A stretch of DNA of 64,000 nucleotides from a bacterium. GTDB lineage: Bacteria; Electryoneota; JAOADG01. Of this stretch, positions 31,623-42,101 are shown piece by piece. Below the pieces are notes generated by a model, which saw nothing but the letters and a program-made list of their open reading frames with translations, searched no databases and was not told the DNA's origin. Each line of letters begins with the position of its first letter. Position 1 is the stretch's first letter. The translations under genes were made by a program, and so were the position numbers. Location of the stretch: NCBI GenBank assembly GCA_026417415.1, contig JAOADG010000008.1, positions 579,612 through 643,611 on the forward strand, read 5' to 3'.

Positions 31623-32378
31623 ATGATTGGAGAAATTGGAATTTTTGGAATTATTGTGATTGTACTCGCAATTCTTTTAATTGCGAACATGATTCGTATT
31701 CTTAAAGAATATGAACGTGGTGTAATTTTTCGTTTAGGACGACTCATCAACGTAAAAGGGCCAGGTTTGATTATTTTGATTCCTGTGATTGATCAAATGG
31801 TAAAAGTTGACTTACGTGTAGTGACTTTAGATGTACCACCACAAGATATTATTACAAAGGACAATGTCTCTGTTCAAGTTTCAGCAGTGATTTTTTTCCG
31901 TGTAATTGAACCAAGAAAGGCAGTTACTGAGGTTCAAAATTATTTATTTGCAACCAGTCAATTCAGTCAGACGACGTTACGTTCAATACTAGGCCAAAGT
32001 GAACTTGATGAATTACTTGCCGAACGAGAAAAAATTAACCAACAACTTCAAAAAGTGATTGATAATCATACAGGACCTTGGGGCATCAAAGTTTCCTCGG
32101 TTGAGATTAAACAAGTTGATTTACCGCATGAGATGAAACGGGCGATGTCTGCCCAAGCAGAAGCGGAACGTACAAGAAGAGCAAAAATCATTGCTGCTGA
32201 TGGAGAATACCAAGCGGCAGCTAAATTGACTGAAGCAGCAAAAGTTATATCAACAGATCCGACTGCCTTACAACTTAGATATCTTCAAACTTTAACAGAA
32301 ATTGCTGCTGAAAATTCTTCAACTGTTGTATTTCCAATTCCTATAGATATGATTAAAGCATTTTTAAATAAATCATAA
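31623..32378 (+). CDS. SPFH/band-7 (stomatin/prohibitin-like) domain protein
   Basis: An AAGGAG RBS lies upstream. An N-terminal TM segment is followed by an SPFH domain and a coiled-coil/Ala-rich C-terminus ([23 protein letters not shown]). Confidence 0.85.
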   Translation: MIGEIGIFGIIVIVLAILLIANMIRILKEYERGVIFRLGRLINVKGPGLIILIPVIDQMVKVDLRVVTLDVPPQDIITKDNVSVQVSAVIFFRVIEPRKAVTEVQNYLFATSQFSQTTLRSILGQSELDELLAEREKINQQLQKVIDNHTGPWGIKVSSVEIKQVDLPHEMKRAMSAQAEAERTRRAKIIAADGEYQAAAKLTEAAKVISTDPTALQLRYLQTLTEIAAENSSTVVFPIPIDMIKAFLNKS

Positions 32379-32386
32379 GTGAATTA

Positions 32387-33661
32387 GTGCGCCTGATTTT
32401 TTTAAAACAGTACTTTCCAGATTTTATCAAAAGCAATCTTAAAGCCCTTATCCCAATTGCTTTTGCGATAGGATTGACCATCTTCTTTTTGTATTATTCC
32501 AAACCTCGTGATAAGTATGGATCGGTTTATGTGTCTTCAGAACCAGCAGGAATCCCTATTATGATTGATGGGGCTAAGAGCATTTTCACAACAGACACGA
32601 CAATTTCAGAAGTAAAAACCGGAGTCCGACGAATTTCTTTATTTCTGGTAAATGGTGTTTGTGAACCACATTTTATCAACGTGGATGTTAAAGAAAACCA
32701 AGTTGCAAGAGCTCATTTCAAAGTACAATTTTTTACAAATTCTACAAATGTTAATCGTGAACCACGGTTAAAAGATTTTCCTAAACCAGCTCCAATTACA
32801 AGGGATGAAAATAAATCTCAACAGAATATCATTAACCCTATTATTGTTCCTAAAAAAACGTATCAAAAAGGGAATATTCAAATTTCTTGTAATGAACAAG
32901 GAGCTGATATCCATATTAATGGGCAAGCAACAGGTTTAAAAACACCTGCAATTATCACCAATCTGGATCCGGGTACTTATCAAATTTCTGTCTATAAACA
33001 GGGTTATACAAGTTATCCTGAGATTGCAAGTGTGAATCTTGATGAGGATGTAGGAATTGCTTATACCCATTTTGAGTTAATATCTAAGATTAAACAAGAA
33101 AATAAAATTCTATTAGTAGTACTAACTGATCCGCCTATAACAAATTTACTCATTAATGGAAAAAATGAAGGGAACACTCCCTTTAGAAAACTGTTTCCTA
33201 AAGGAAGATACAAAATTGAATTTCCTAAAATTACAGGTTATTTGACTCCTCAACCCCGACAAATACGCTTACAAGATCAAGATTCTTTAGTTGTTGAATT
33301 GAAATATCAAAAAGTTACGGGTAAATCTTATTTAGCAATTTATTCACCTAAAAGTGCCGAGCTTATCAATTTAGGAAAACTTAAAATTGAAATTGACCGT
33401 GCACCATTTTTTAATGGTGCAGCCGTTGAATCAAGACATATAATTTTGGGAAGCGTTCCTGAAGGTGAACATCTAATAACTATCTTTTTTGATAATCTAT
33501 CTGCAGATATTACAGTTTCTTTTATTAACGGACATGTAACTCCTATTGAATTAAAATTTGAGCGGTTTTTAACTCAAGTGAAACCCAAATTACGCCCCTT
33601 TGAACCTCAAAAATATGAAGATTATCGTCAATTAGTAGGTCAAGTAACCTATTACCCGTAA
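32387..33661 (+). CDS. Membrane-anchored PEGA-domain repeat protein
   Basis: A GTG start lies immediately after the SPFH stop. An N-terminal TM segment is followed by at least 3 PEGA-like beta-sandwich repeats (SSEPAGIPIMIDG..., ISCNEQGADIHINGQATGLKTPAII...). Confidence 0.6.
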   Translation: MRLIFLKQYFPDFIKSNLKALIPIAFAIGLTIFFLYYSKPRDKYGSVYVSSEPAGIPIMIDGAKSIFTTDTTISEVKTGVRRISLFLVNGVCEPHFINVDVKENQVARAHFKVQFFTNSTNVNREPRLKDFPKPAPITRDENKSQQNIINPIIVPKKTYQKGNIQISCNEQGADIHINGQATGLKTPAIITNLDPGTYQISVYKQGYTSYPEIASVNLDEDVGIAYTHFELISKIKQENKILLVVLTDPPITNLLINGKNEGNTPFRKLFPKGRYKIEFPKITGYLTPQPRQIRLQDQDSLVVELKYQKVTGKSYLAIYSPKSAELINLGKLKIEIDRAPFFNGAAVESRHIILGSVPEGEHLITIFFDNLSADITVSFINGHVTPIELKFERFLTQVKPKLRPFEPQKYEDYRQLVGQVTYYP

Positions 33662-34374
33662 TGAAATTGATACGTATTAATCAGCTTTTAGCTGAACGTT
33701 TTGGAATTTCAAGACGGTTGGCTGACCAGTGGATTTTATCTAATCAAGTTAAAGTAAATGATAAGATTGCTAAACTTGGTCAAAAAGTTGATGAAGATAA
33801 GGACTTGATATTCGTAAACAATTTACCTATACCAATTAAAAAACAAGTTTTAACATTTGCATTTCATAAACCTAAAGGCGTAGTTTGTTCTTTGTCGCTA
33901 AGATATGAAAAAGGGATATCAATCAAAGAATATCTACCACCCGACTTAGGTTTAAAACCAGTGGGTAGATTAGACATTCAAACAGAGGGTTTAATTATAG
34001 TAACCAATGATGGAAGATTGCATTATGAAGTTACACATCCATCTTTTGAAATTGAAAAAGAGTATATCGTTACAACGGCTAAACCAATTTTAGAAAAAGA
34101 GATATTCCTTCTATCGAAAGGAGTAATGTTGTCTGATGGTTTTTGTCAACCAGACCATATTGGACGAATTGGATCAAACCAAGTAAAATTGGTTTTACAT
34201 GAGGGACGAAATCGTGAAATTCGCAGATTGTTTTCAGCAATCAATCATCGTGTTGAAAGATTAGTACGAATTCGTATAGGAATGGTTGAATTAGGCAATT
34301 TACCTGTAGGAGCGTTACGCTTATTAACAGAACAAGAAATCAAGCAATTGAAATTTAGGAGAAAGAACAATTAA
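33661..34374 (+). CDS. rluB: Pseudouridine synthase, RsuA/RluB family
   Basis: An N-terminal S4 domain is followed by the catalytic Asp motif (GRLDIQTEGLIIVTNDG). Confidence 0.8.
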   Translation: MKLIRINQLLAERFGISRRLADQWILSNQVKVNDKIAKLGQKVDEDKDLIFVNNLPIPIKKQVLTFAFHKPKGVVCSLSLRYEKGISIKEYLPPDLGLKPVGRLDIQTEGLIIVTNDGRLHYEVTHPSFEIEKEYIVTTAKPILEKEIFLLSKGVMLSDGFCQPDHIGRIGSNQVKLVLHEGRNREIRRLFSAINHRVERLVRIRIGMVELGNLPVGALRLLTEQEIKQLKFRRKNN

Positions 34375-34405
34375 AATTGTAATAAATGAAAGTACTACTA
34401 TTTTG

Positions 34406-34657
34406 ATGCTGGTTGAACGCTATCCTCAAACGATACCAATTTTACTAAAATATGGTATTCAGTGTATTGGATGTAAACATTCAGCATATGAAACATTGAA
34501 AGATGCTGCGAGATTTTATGGAATAACTGAACTTGCTAACATTATTCGTGAATTGCAAGACATTCTAAACCAATCAGCATCAAACGAGTCGGATTTAAGA
34601 CCAAAAAGAATTTTGAATAATCAAGAAAGTGTTATTAAAACGAATGATAATCAATAA
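34406..34657 (+). CDS. DUF1858-like small protein
   Basis: LVERYPQTIPILLKYGIQCIGCKHSAYETLKDAARFYGI resembles the DUF1858 redox-disulfide-associated domain. Confidence 0.55.
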   Translation: MLVERYPQTIPILLKYGIQCIGCKHSAYETLKDAARFYGITELANIIRELQDILNQSASNESDLRPKRILNNQESVIKTNDNQ

Positions 34658-35693
34658 GAATAATTTAGATAAATTTTGGAGTATTCTCTGCTTACTGATT
34701 TTAATAGGAATTGGATTGATTCAGCATTGGTACTGGAAGGAATTTCGTTTTTCAGGTATAAATATAGTTGTAAATATTCCTTCTGGAGCGACTACAAGAG
34801 AGATTGCTAGAATTTTAAAATCAAATGGACTTATAAAAAGTGAAAATTTATTTTTGTTCGCAGCAAAACTTTCCGGGAGAGAAAAGCAACTTAAACCTGG
34901 AACTTATACGTTCTCAAAAAATTTAACGATGTTTCAAATAATTGACCGATTATACCGTTCTCTTGGAATTTCATCAAAGATCACATTTTACGAAAACACT
35001 TCAATTAAAGATTATATCAAACAGTTACAAAAAATTGGTATAGATTCAACAGAATTTATTGAAGCGACAAAGAACATTAAACTTTTACGAGAATTTGGAA
35101 TAGAAGCGAATTCTGCAGAAGGTTATTTATTTCCAGACACTTATTATATATCTAGTGATATGTCTGCAGAAGATCTTGTTAGAATGCTCCTGAAACGCTT
35201 TAAGCAAGTTTTTACAGAACAACATGTAAAAAAAGCAAAAGAAATGGGTTTTTCCTTACATGAGATTGTCACACTTGCTTCTATCATTGGAGCAGAAGTC
35301 AAAGAAAAAGAAGAAGCATATTTAGTATCATCTGTTTTTCACAATCGTCTTAAACGTGGAATTCCGTTGCAGGCATGTCCAACAATTCAATACATTATTC
35401 CGGATGGTCCGAGACGACTTTTATTAAAAGATTTAAGAATTGACTCTCCTTATAATACCTATTTGTATAAAGGTTTGCCGCCAGGTCCTATTGGTAATCC
35501 TGGAAAGTTAGCATTAGATGCTGTATTAAATCCAGCAAAGACGAACTATTTGTTTTTTGTCTCTCAAGGGGATGGAACCCATGCTTTTAATGAAACGATT
35601 GAAGGACATTTGCAATCAAAGACAGTTTTAGATTCGATTAGAATGATACATAAAATTGACCAGTTCAAAACAAAAGAAAACCAAACCCAGTAG
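34644..35693 (+). CDS. mltG: Endolytic murein transglycosylase MltG (YceG-like)
   Basis: An N-terminal TM segment is followed by the YceG domain (the LKPGTY motif, and the catalytic Glu region near GYLFPDTYY). Confidence 0.85.
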   Translation: MIINKNNLDKFWSILCLLILIGIGLIQHWYWKEFRFSGINIVVNIPSGATTREIARILKSNGLIKSENLFLFAAKLSGREKQLKPGTYTFSKNLTMFQIIDRLYRSLGISSKITFYENTSIKDYIKQLQKIGIDSTEFIEATKNIKLLREFGIEANSAEGYLFPDTYYISSDMSAEDLVRMLLKRFKQVFTEQHVKKAKEMGFSLHEIVTLASIIGAEVKEKEEAYLVSSVFHNRLKRGIPLQACPTIQYIIPDGPRRLLLKDLRIDSPYNTYLYKGLPPGPIGNPGKLALDAVLNPAKTNYLFFVSQGDGTHAFNETIEGHLQSKTVLDSIRMIHKIDQFKTKENQTQ

Positions 35694-35699
35694 TATAAA

Positions 35700-37877
35700 A
35701 TGACATTTGATTTATCTGAATTGAATCCGCAACAAAGGAAAGCTGTTAATATCGTTAACGGTTCTGTATTGGTGATTGCAGGTGCTGGTTCAGGTAAAAC
35801 AAAAACATTAACCTATAGAATAGCCAACCTAATTTACCATAAATATGCTAAACCTTATGAAATATTAGCGATTACTTTTACTAATAAAGCTGCTCGTGAA
35901 TTGGTCGATCGGGTTCATAAAATTCTGAACAAGACACAATTAGGCGATGAGCGATATGGATCCGTTGAGGTCTCTACTTTTCATAAATTTGGTGTTCGTT
36001 TGTTGAGAAGATATGCTAATTTAATAGGAAGAGAATTTAATTTTTCTATTTACGATAAAAATGATTCAGAAAACGTTTTGAAGCAAATTTTGAAAGAAAA
36101 AGGGTTATCCATCAATAGTTATCCTACACGATGGTTAGTTGACATCATGTCAGAAATGAAAAATAATTTTTTAACCTTTGATGAAATAGAAAAAATTTAT
36201 CCGAAAGAAACTCAGGTTATTCAAGATATCTTCAAACAATATGAAGAACGATTATTACGTGCAAATGCTTTTGATTTAGATGATTTGTTGTGCATCCCAG
36301 TAAAACTAATGAAGATGAATGAAGAACTACTACTCACTTATCGTAGGAGAATACAGTACATCCATGTAGATGAATATCAAGATACAAACCAAATTCAATT
36401 AGAACTTCTAAAATTGCTAGATGGAGATCGTTCTATTGTTTTTGCTGTAGGTGATGTCGATCAAGCAATTTATGGTTGGCGTGGTGCAAACATCAGAAAC
36501 ATTTTGAGTTTTCACAGAGATTTTGCAAATGTGCAAATCGTGAAATTGGAACAAAATTATAGAAGTACACCAGGCATACTGAGAAGTGCTAATGCAGTGA
36601 TAGAAAAAAATTTACAACGACAATCCAAGATATTATGGACTAAGAATTTAGAAGGCGAAAAGATAAAGTTTATTGCTGCTTTAGATCCTACAGAAGAAGC
36701 GTGTAAAACAATTCAATGGTTATTATTAGATCAAAAAGGAACGAAATCAATTTTGTTTAGGACGAATGCACAATCTTTCCCATTTGAACAGTATTGTATT
36801 GAAAACAATATTCCATATAAGTTAGTTGGAACAGTTCGATTTTTTGAAAGAAAAGAAATAAAAGATGCAATGTCATATATCAGAATTTTAGAACAACCTG
36901 ATGATGATATCGCATTTGAACGTGCATTATCTTTTCCTAATCGTGGAATAGGAAAAATTACTTTAGATAGAATTCGACAGTTAGCCAATCAAAATGGGAG
37001 TTCTCTCTTTCAGACCATTCAAGCAGAAAATTTTTATGAAGTATTTGGTAAAAGAGTACCCAAACAATTATCCATTTTTATAGATGATTTACTTAAACTG
37101 CAAAGAATGATATCCTCAATTTTAAACCCTACAATTGCGATTCGCAATTGGCTTATAAATAATGGATTTATGGCAACATTGAAAAGTGAAAAAGATGGAG
37201 ATGAACGTTTAAGAAATTTAGATATGCTTTTTTCGCAATTGCATCATTATTTTTCTAATCATAATGATGCAAAATTATTGGATTTTATAGAATTCGTTAC
37301 TTTACAAAGTGAACAAGATACGATTGACGAAACAGAGCAGTCAATCCTATTAATGACATGCCATGCAGCAAAAGGACTTGAATTTGATTCAGTTGTAGTA
37401 GTTGGTTTGGAGGAAACATTGTTTCCTTTAGGAGATGAATATTCAAAAGATTTAGATTTAGAGGAAGAACGAAGATTGTTTTATGTAGCTATGACAAGAG
37501 CCAAAAGGCGTCTTGCAATTTCAAGAGCGTTTATGCGTAACAAATATGGGATATTTGAAAAGACAACACCATCAAGGTTTTTATATGATATTCCATTAGA
37601 AGAAGTTGATGGGGACAAAACTGAGATGTTGTTTCAAGAACGTGTCATTAGTTCTAATAGCATTAAAAAAAGCAACATAACAACATCTCTAAATAATCAT
37701 AAAAATAACATTACTGAATTCTATGAAGGACAAAAAATTCATCACTCATTGTTTGGGTTTGGTAAAATACTGCGAAGCACAAAATATGAAGATGGATTCA
37801 AAATTGTAGTGGATTTCGATAATGTCGGTGTAAAGACGTTATTGACTCAATATACAAATATTACTATCCAAGGTTAG
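35700..37877 (+). CDS. uvrD: ATP-dependent DNA helicase, UvrD/PcrA/Rep family
   Basis: Walker A (VIAGAGSGKTKTLTYR) and the SF1 motifs (DEYQDTN, the arginine finger QNYRST, and VGLEETLFP...AMTRAKRRL) are present. The protein is 725 aa. Confidence 0.85.
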   Translation: MTFDLSELNPQQRKAVNIVNGSVLVIAGAGSGKTKTLTYRIANLIYHKYAKPYEILAITFTNKAARELVDRVHKILNKTQLGDERYGSVEVSTFHKFGVRLLRRYANLIGREFNFSIYDKNDSENVLKQILKEKGLSINSYPTRWLVDIMSEMKNNFLTFDEIEKIYPKETQVIQDIFKQYEERLLRANAFDLDDLLCIPVKLMKMNEELLLTYRRRIQYIHVDEYQDTNQIQLELLKLLDGDRSIVFAVGDVDQAIYGWRGANIRNILSFHRDFANVQIVKLEQNYRSTPGILRSANAVIEKNLQRQSKILWTKNLEGEKIKFIAALDPTEEACKTIQWLLLDQKGTKSILFRTNAQSFPFEQYCIENNIPYKLVGTVRFFERKEIKDAMSYIRILEQPDDDIAFERALSFPNRGIGKITLDRIRQLANQNGSSLFQTIQAENFYEVFGKRVPKQLSIFIDDLLKLQRMISSILNPTIAIRNWLINNGFMATLKSEKDGDERLRNLDMLFSQLHHYFSNHNDAKLLDFIEFVTLQSEQDTIDETEQSILLMTCHAAKGLEFDSVVVVGLEETLFPLGDEYSKDLDLEEERRLFYVAMTRAKRRLAISRAFMRNKYGIFEKTTPSRFLYDIPLEEVDGDKTEMLFQERVISSNSIKKSNITTSLNNHKNNITEFYEGQKIHHSLFGFGKILRSTKYEDGFKIVVDFDNVGVKTLLTQYTNITIQG

Positions 37878-37879
37878 CT

Positions 37880-38731
37880 ATGATGAACACAGTTCAATGG
37901 GATGAATTAGTAATTCGTGCCTTAGAAGAAGATCAGGTACTTCATGATATTACCACATTCACTTTTGTTAAGGAAAGTCTTACGGGCCTCGCAACGATTA
38001 TTGCAAGAGCTGAAGGTGTATTATGTGGTGTTCCTGCAGTTGAAAAAGCTTTTGAGCTGACCGGAAATCAAGTACAACTGGAATGGTTATATCAAGAGGG
38101 TGAGATTTTCCCAAAAGATTCTAAAATCCTTCAAATTAAAGGTAATATCAGGAACATTCTTTTAGGTGAACGTGTAGCTTTGAATTTTTTATCTCTTTTA
38201 TCTGGGATTGCAACATTAACCAATCAATTTGTTGAGAAGGTTAAACCTTATGGATGTAAAATTCGTGATACACGTAAAACTCATCCAGGTTTACGAGATG
38301 CTGAAAAGTATGCTGTCCGAGTAGGTGGTGGTGAAAACCACCGTTTAAATCTTTCTACATTTGGTTTAATCAAAGAAAATCATATTTTAGCCTCTGGTGG
38401 ATATGACAAATTACTTTTGCAATTGAAGGAATTAAATACAAAGAATATCGTTGAATTTGAATTAGAAGTTGAAAATTTAGAACAATTTCAGTTGGCTTTA
38501 AATGTTGGAATTAAAGAAATTTTATTAGATAACTTCACGCCTCAAATGGTTCAGCAAGCAGTTGCAATGAATGTTTCCAACGCTATCTTAGAAGCATCAG
38601 GTGGTATTCGTTTAGATAATGTTGAAGATTATGCAAGAACAGGTGTACATCGTATTTCGGTTGGTGCGATAACACACTCAGCATTACCAATTGATTTTTC
38701 ATTACGTATTCAACAAGTAAATTTGTGTTAG
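37880..38731 (+). CDS. nadC: Nicotinate-nucleotide (quinolinate) pyrophosphorylase
   Basis: The protein has type II PRTase QAPRTase architecture (RDTRKTHPGLRDAEKYAVRVGGGENHR) and is 283 aa. Confidence 0.9.
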   Translation: MMNTVQWDELVIRALEEDQVLHDITTFTFVKESLTGLATIIARAEGVLCGVPAVEKAFELTGNQVQLEWLYQEGEIFPKDSKILQIKGNIRNILLGERVALNFLSLLSGIATLTNQFVEKVKPYGCKIRDTRKTHPGLRDAEKYAVRVGGGENHRLNLSTFGLIKENHILASGGYDKLLLQLKELNTKNIVEFELEVENLEQFQLALNVGIKEILLDNFTPQMVQQAVAMNVSNAILEASGGIRLDNVEDYARTGVHRISVGAITHSALPIDFSLRIQQVNLC

Positions 38732-38756
38732 TAGAACATTGAAAAAAAGAGGATAA

Positions 38757-40472
38757 ATGGGCAAGTTCTCATTAGTATTACACAGTCATTTGCCATGGGT
38801 GATTTCACATGGGAAATGGCCGCATGGTTCCGTGTGGTTAGTTGAAGCTGCTACCGAATGTTACATTCCACTGATTGAAATGTTAGATCGTTTGATATCT
38901 GATAAAATTCAACCGAATATCACTATTGGGATAACACCTGTACTTGCAGAACAACTTGCTGATCCTTCATTTGCATCTGAGCTAATTGAATATCTTGAAC
39001 TTAAAATTACTGCAAGTATTGAAGATAAAAGGCATTTTCAAAATCAGAATAATCCTGCCTTACAAAGTTTATCCGAATATTGGGAAAAATTTTATTGGCA
39101 CCAGTACTATTTATTTCGTGATGTTTACCATCAAGATCTATTAAAACAATTCAAGCGTTTACAAGATTCTAACGCAATAGAAATCATTACTTGTGCAGCA
39201 ACTCATGGTTATTCACCACTTCTTGGACTAGATGAATCAATATATGCCCAATTTGCCACTGGTGTTGATGTTTATCGAAAACATTTTGGTAAAAATCCTT
39301 TAGGTACTTGGTTACCAGAATGTGCGTACCGACCTGCTTACCATTGGTCAACACCTGTTTCATCTGACATTCAATCTTACAACAGGTTAGGGGTTGAAGA
39401 AATATTAGATTTGGTGAACCTTAGATATTTTATTGTTGATTCACATTTATTAGAGGGTGGAAAACCAATCGGTGTGTATTTAGAGAGATTTGAAGGTCTT
39501 AAAAAACTTTGGGAAGAATTTGAAAAAAGTCAGGTTAAACAACCCGAGATTAAAACCACTCCTCTAAAAATGCATTGGGTGGGGGAATCGCCCGATAAAC
39601 ACCCTGTTGCAGTGTTTACAAGACATCCACAAACTACATTACAAGTTTGGTCTGGTGAACATGGTTATCCGGGTGATGGTTATTATCTCGATTTTCATAA
39701 GAAACATTTTCCTGGTGGAAATAGATATTGGCGTGTTACATCTGCAAAAGCCGACTTAGGTGCTAAAGAAATCTATCAACCGGAAATGGTAGAATGGCGT
39801 TTAAACGAAAATAGCGATCATTTTGTAGAATTAGTCAATAAAATTGTTAGTAATGCTGTACTTGAAGGAATAGAAAATCCTATCGTATGTGCACCATTTG
39901 ATACTGAACTGTTTGGACACTGGTGGTTTGAAGGGATACGTTGGATTGAGAAGGTAATACGAAAACTGTATCATTCTTCTGTACATCCTTCGACATTGAA
40001 GGAAGTTTACCAAGAGACGAAAATAGCAACTAAAGTAAAGTTACCTGAAGGATCGTGGGGTGAAGGTGGATTTCATCATATTTGGTTAAATCAAGATACT
40101 GCTTGGACTTGGGAAGATATTTATCAATGTGAAATACAATTTGTTACAATTTTAAAAAAATACTTTCATACTAAAGATTCTTATTTAATAAAGCTTTTAG
40201 AACAATTAGCACGAGAGTTAATGTTAATACAATCATCAGATTGGCAATTTCTAATTTCAACTGTTGCAGCAAGAGATTATTCTGAAATGCGGTTTCGAAT
40301 CCATCATCACGATTTTATGAAACTTGTGCAAATTATTGAGAGTTATTCCAATGGTATCCCATTAACGAATGAACAAAAACAATTTGTACAAGATATTTGT
40401 ATTAGAGATTCTTTATTTCAAGAAATCAATCTTGAATACTGGTTAAAGGACTTAAATGAGTATAGGAGATGA
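38757..40472 (+). CDS. Glycoside hydrolase family 57 protein (1,4-alpha-glucan branching enzyme-like)
   Basis: The N-terminus GKFSLVLHSHLPWV and the architecture resemble the GH57 branching enzymes of Thermus and Thermococcus. The protein is 571 aa. Confidence 0.75.
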   Translation: MGKFSLVLHSHLPWVISHGKWPHGSVWLVEAATECYIPLIEMLDRLISDKIQPNITIGITPVLAEQLADPSFASELIEYLELKITASIEDKRHFQNQNNPALQSLSEYWEKFYWHQYYLFRDVYHQDLLKQFKRLQDSNAIEIITCAATHGYSPLLGLDESIYAQFATGVDVYRKHFGKNPLGTWLPECAYRPAYHWSTPVSSDIQSYNRLGVEEILDLVNLRYFIVDSHLLEGGKPIGVYLERFEGLKKLWEEFEKSQVKQPEIKTTPLKMHWVGESPDKHPVAVFTRHPQTTLQVWSGEHGYPGDGYYLDFHKKHFPGGNRYWRVTSAKADLGAKEIYQPEMVEWRLNENSDHFVELVNKIVSNAVLEGIENPIVCAPFDTELFGHWWFEGIRWIEKVIRKLYHSSVHPSTLKEVYQETKIATKVKLPEGSWGEGGFHHIWLNQDTAWTWEDIYQCEIQFVTILKKYFHTKDSYLIKLLEQLARELMLIQSSDWQFLISTVAARDYSEMRFRIHHHDFMKLVQIIESYSNGIPLTNEQKQFVQDICIRDSLFQEINLEYWLKDLNEYRR

Positions 40473-40806
40473 AGTGAGCGCAGTAAAAGAAATCACAGAT
40501 CAAACTTTTCAAACTGAAGTGTTACAAAGTAAAATACCAGTACTGGTTGATTGTTGGGCAGAGTGGTGTGCACCTTGTAGAATGATATCACCCATTATAG
40601 AGCGATTAAGTCAAGAATACAATGGAAAATTTGCTGTTTATAAATGCAATATCGACTCCAATTTTCAAACTGCAGTACAATTTGGGATCAGTTCTATTCC
40701 CACATTACTTTTTTTTAAAGATGGTTTGTTGGTAAATAAATTAATTGGTGCATATCCCAAGGAAATTATTAAAGAGAAAATGGAAGAAATTTTAAGAAAG
40801 GGTTAA
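40456..40806 (+). CDS. trxA: Thioredoxin
   Basis: The WAEWCAPCR active site is present in a 116-aa protein. An AAGGA RBS lies upstream. The gene overlaps the GH57 end by 17 nt; a GTG at 40474 is an alternative start. Confidence 0.85.
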   Translation: MSIGDEVSAVKEITDQTFQTEVLQSKIPVLVDCWAEWCAPCRMISPIIERLSQEYNGKFAVYKCNIDSNFQTAVQFGISSIPTLLFFKDGLLVNKLIGAYPKEIIKEKMEEILRKG

Positions 40807-40835
40807 CAAGCTCTTTAAATTTTAGTATATTCTTT

Positions 40836-40946
40836 GCGTCTTCAGGGATGGGTGAAATTCCCTATCGGTGGTATAGCCCACGAGCGAGTTAGCATGAGCT
40901 GTTGAAATTACAGCGCCGACGGTATAGTCCGGATGAAAGAAGATGT
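40836..40946 (+). promoter_or_regulatory. FMN riboswitch (RFN element) aptamer
   Basis: The sequence UCUUCAGGGAUGGGUGAAAUUCCCUAUCGGUGGUAUAGCCCACGAGCG...GUUGAAAUUACAGCGCCGACGGUAUAGUCCGGAUGAAAGAAGA matches the conserved RFN blocks. P1 pairs TCTTC (40839-43) with GAAGA (40939-43). The element lies directly 5' of ribD. Confidence 0.85.
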
Positions 40947-40977
40947 ACGTTTGTCATTTAATTTGATAAATGGTGTA

Positions 40978-41007
40978 CAACCCCTGAACGCAGGGGTTTT
41001 TCTATTT
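40978..41007 (+). terminator. Intrinsic terminator forming the FMN riboswitch expression platform
   Basis: ACAACCCCTG-AACG-CAGGGGTTTTTCTATTTT: a GC-rich 6-bp stem flanked by A/U pairs, then a T-run. It lies between the aptamer and the ribD RBS (TAGGAG at 41008). Confidence 0.7.
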
Positions 41008-41018
41008 TAGGAGTTACT

Positions 41019-42101
41019 TTGAATTCAGATGAGTTTTGGATGTCTCGTGCATTAAAAGTTGCATTAAAAGGATTTGGTAAAGTAGGACCTAATCCAATGG
41101 TAGGTGCGATTATTGTGAAGGATGGAAAGTTACTGTCTTCAGGCGCTCATGTGAAATTTGGTGGTCCACATGCTGAAATAAATGCATTAAAAAAAATTCA
41201 ATTTCAAGCGAAAGGTGCATCTTTATACGTTACTTTAGAGCCCTGTAACCACTATGGTAAAACTCCCCCCTGTACAAATGCGATTATTCAATCAGGAATA
41301 AGTCGTGTTGTTTCTGCCACTATGGATCCTAATCCAATAGTAAGTGGTAGAGGATATGCCCGTCTTAGAAATGCAGGAATAGAAGTTATTGACGGTATCT
41401 TATGTGAAAAAGCAGTTGAGTTAAATACAGCATATTTTAAGCATTTACTTTCTGGGTTACCTTATACCATCTTAAAAATAGCACAATCTTTAGATGGGAA
41501 AATTGCTACTTCAACAGGTCAATCGCAATGGATAACTGGCGAACTTTCCAGAAGATTTGTTCATCAAGTGCGTTCTGAAGTAGATGCAGTGATTGTAGGC
41601 ATTGGAACAGTGTTACAAGATGATCCCCTATTAAATGTTCGTTTAGTGAAAGGTCAAAATCCGATACGAATAATTTTGGACAGTAGGTTTAGAACTCCTC
41701 CAACAGCAAAGTTATTTCAAATTCCTTCACCAATAATAGTTATGGGAATTGCAGGCGAAGGGGTAGATAGACAATTGAAATTAAAACAGGCCGGTGCTGA
41801 AGTGATAGAATTACCAAAAGCAGATGAACATTTAAGTTTGTTCGATGCATTGAGAGTATTACCTAGACGTGGAATTAATAGAATTCTTGTAGAAGGAGGA
41901 AGAAAGATAGCCACTGAATTTTTGAAAAAAAAATTGGTGGACGAATTAATTGTCGCTATAGCACCGAAAATCATAGGTGAAGATGGCATATCATCATTTA
42001 GTAGTTTAGGAATAACTCATGTGGATGAAGCAATTCATTTTAAGCATTTACATATTGAACGCTTTGGGAATGATATCCACTTAAGGTTGCAAGTACAATA
42101 A
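41019..42101 (+). CDS. ribD: Bifunctional riboflavin biosynthesis deaminase / reductase RibD
   Basis: The CMP/dCMP deaminase zinc motif (HAEINAL...PCNHYGKTPPC) is followed by a C-terminal RibG reductase domain. The start is either the TTG at 41019 (5 nt after TAGGAG) or the ATG at 41040. Confidence 0.9.
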   Translation: MNSDEFWMSRALKVALKGFGKVGPNPMVGAIIVKDGKLLSSGAHVKFGGPHAEINALKKIQFQAKGASLYVTLEPCNHYGKTPPCTNAIIQSGISRVVSATMDPNPIVSGRGYARLRNAGIEVIDGILCEKAVELNTAYFKHLLSGLPYTILKIAQSLDGKIATSTGQSQWITGELSRRFVHQVRSEVDAVIVGIGTVLQDDPLLNVRLVKGQNPIRIILDSRFRTPPTAKLFQIPSPIIVMGIAGEGVDRQLKLKQAGAEVIELPKADEHLSLFDALRVLPRRGINRILVEGGRKIATEFLKKKLVDELIVAIAPKIIGEDGISSFSSLGITHVDEAIHFKHLHIERFGNDIHLRLQVQ

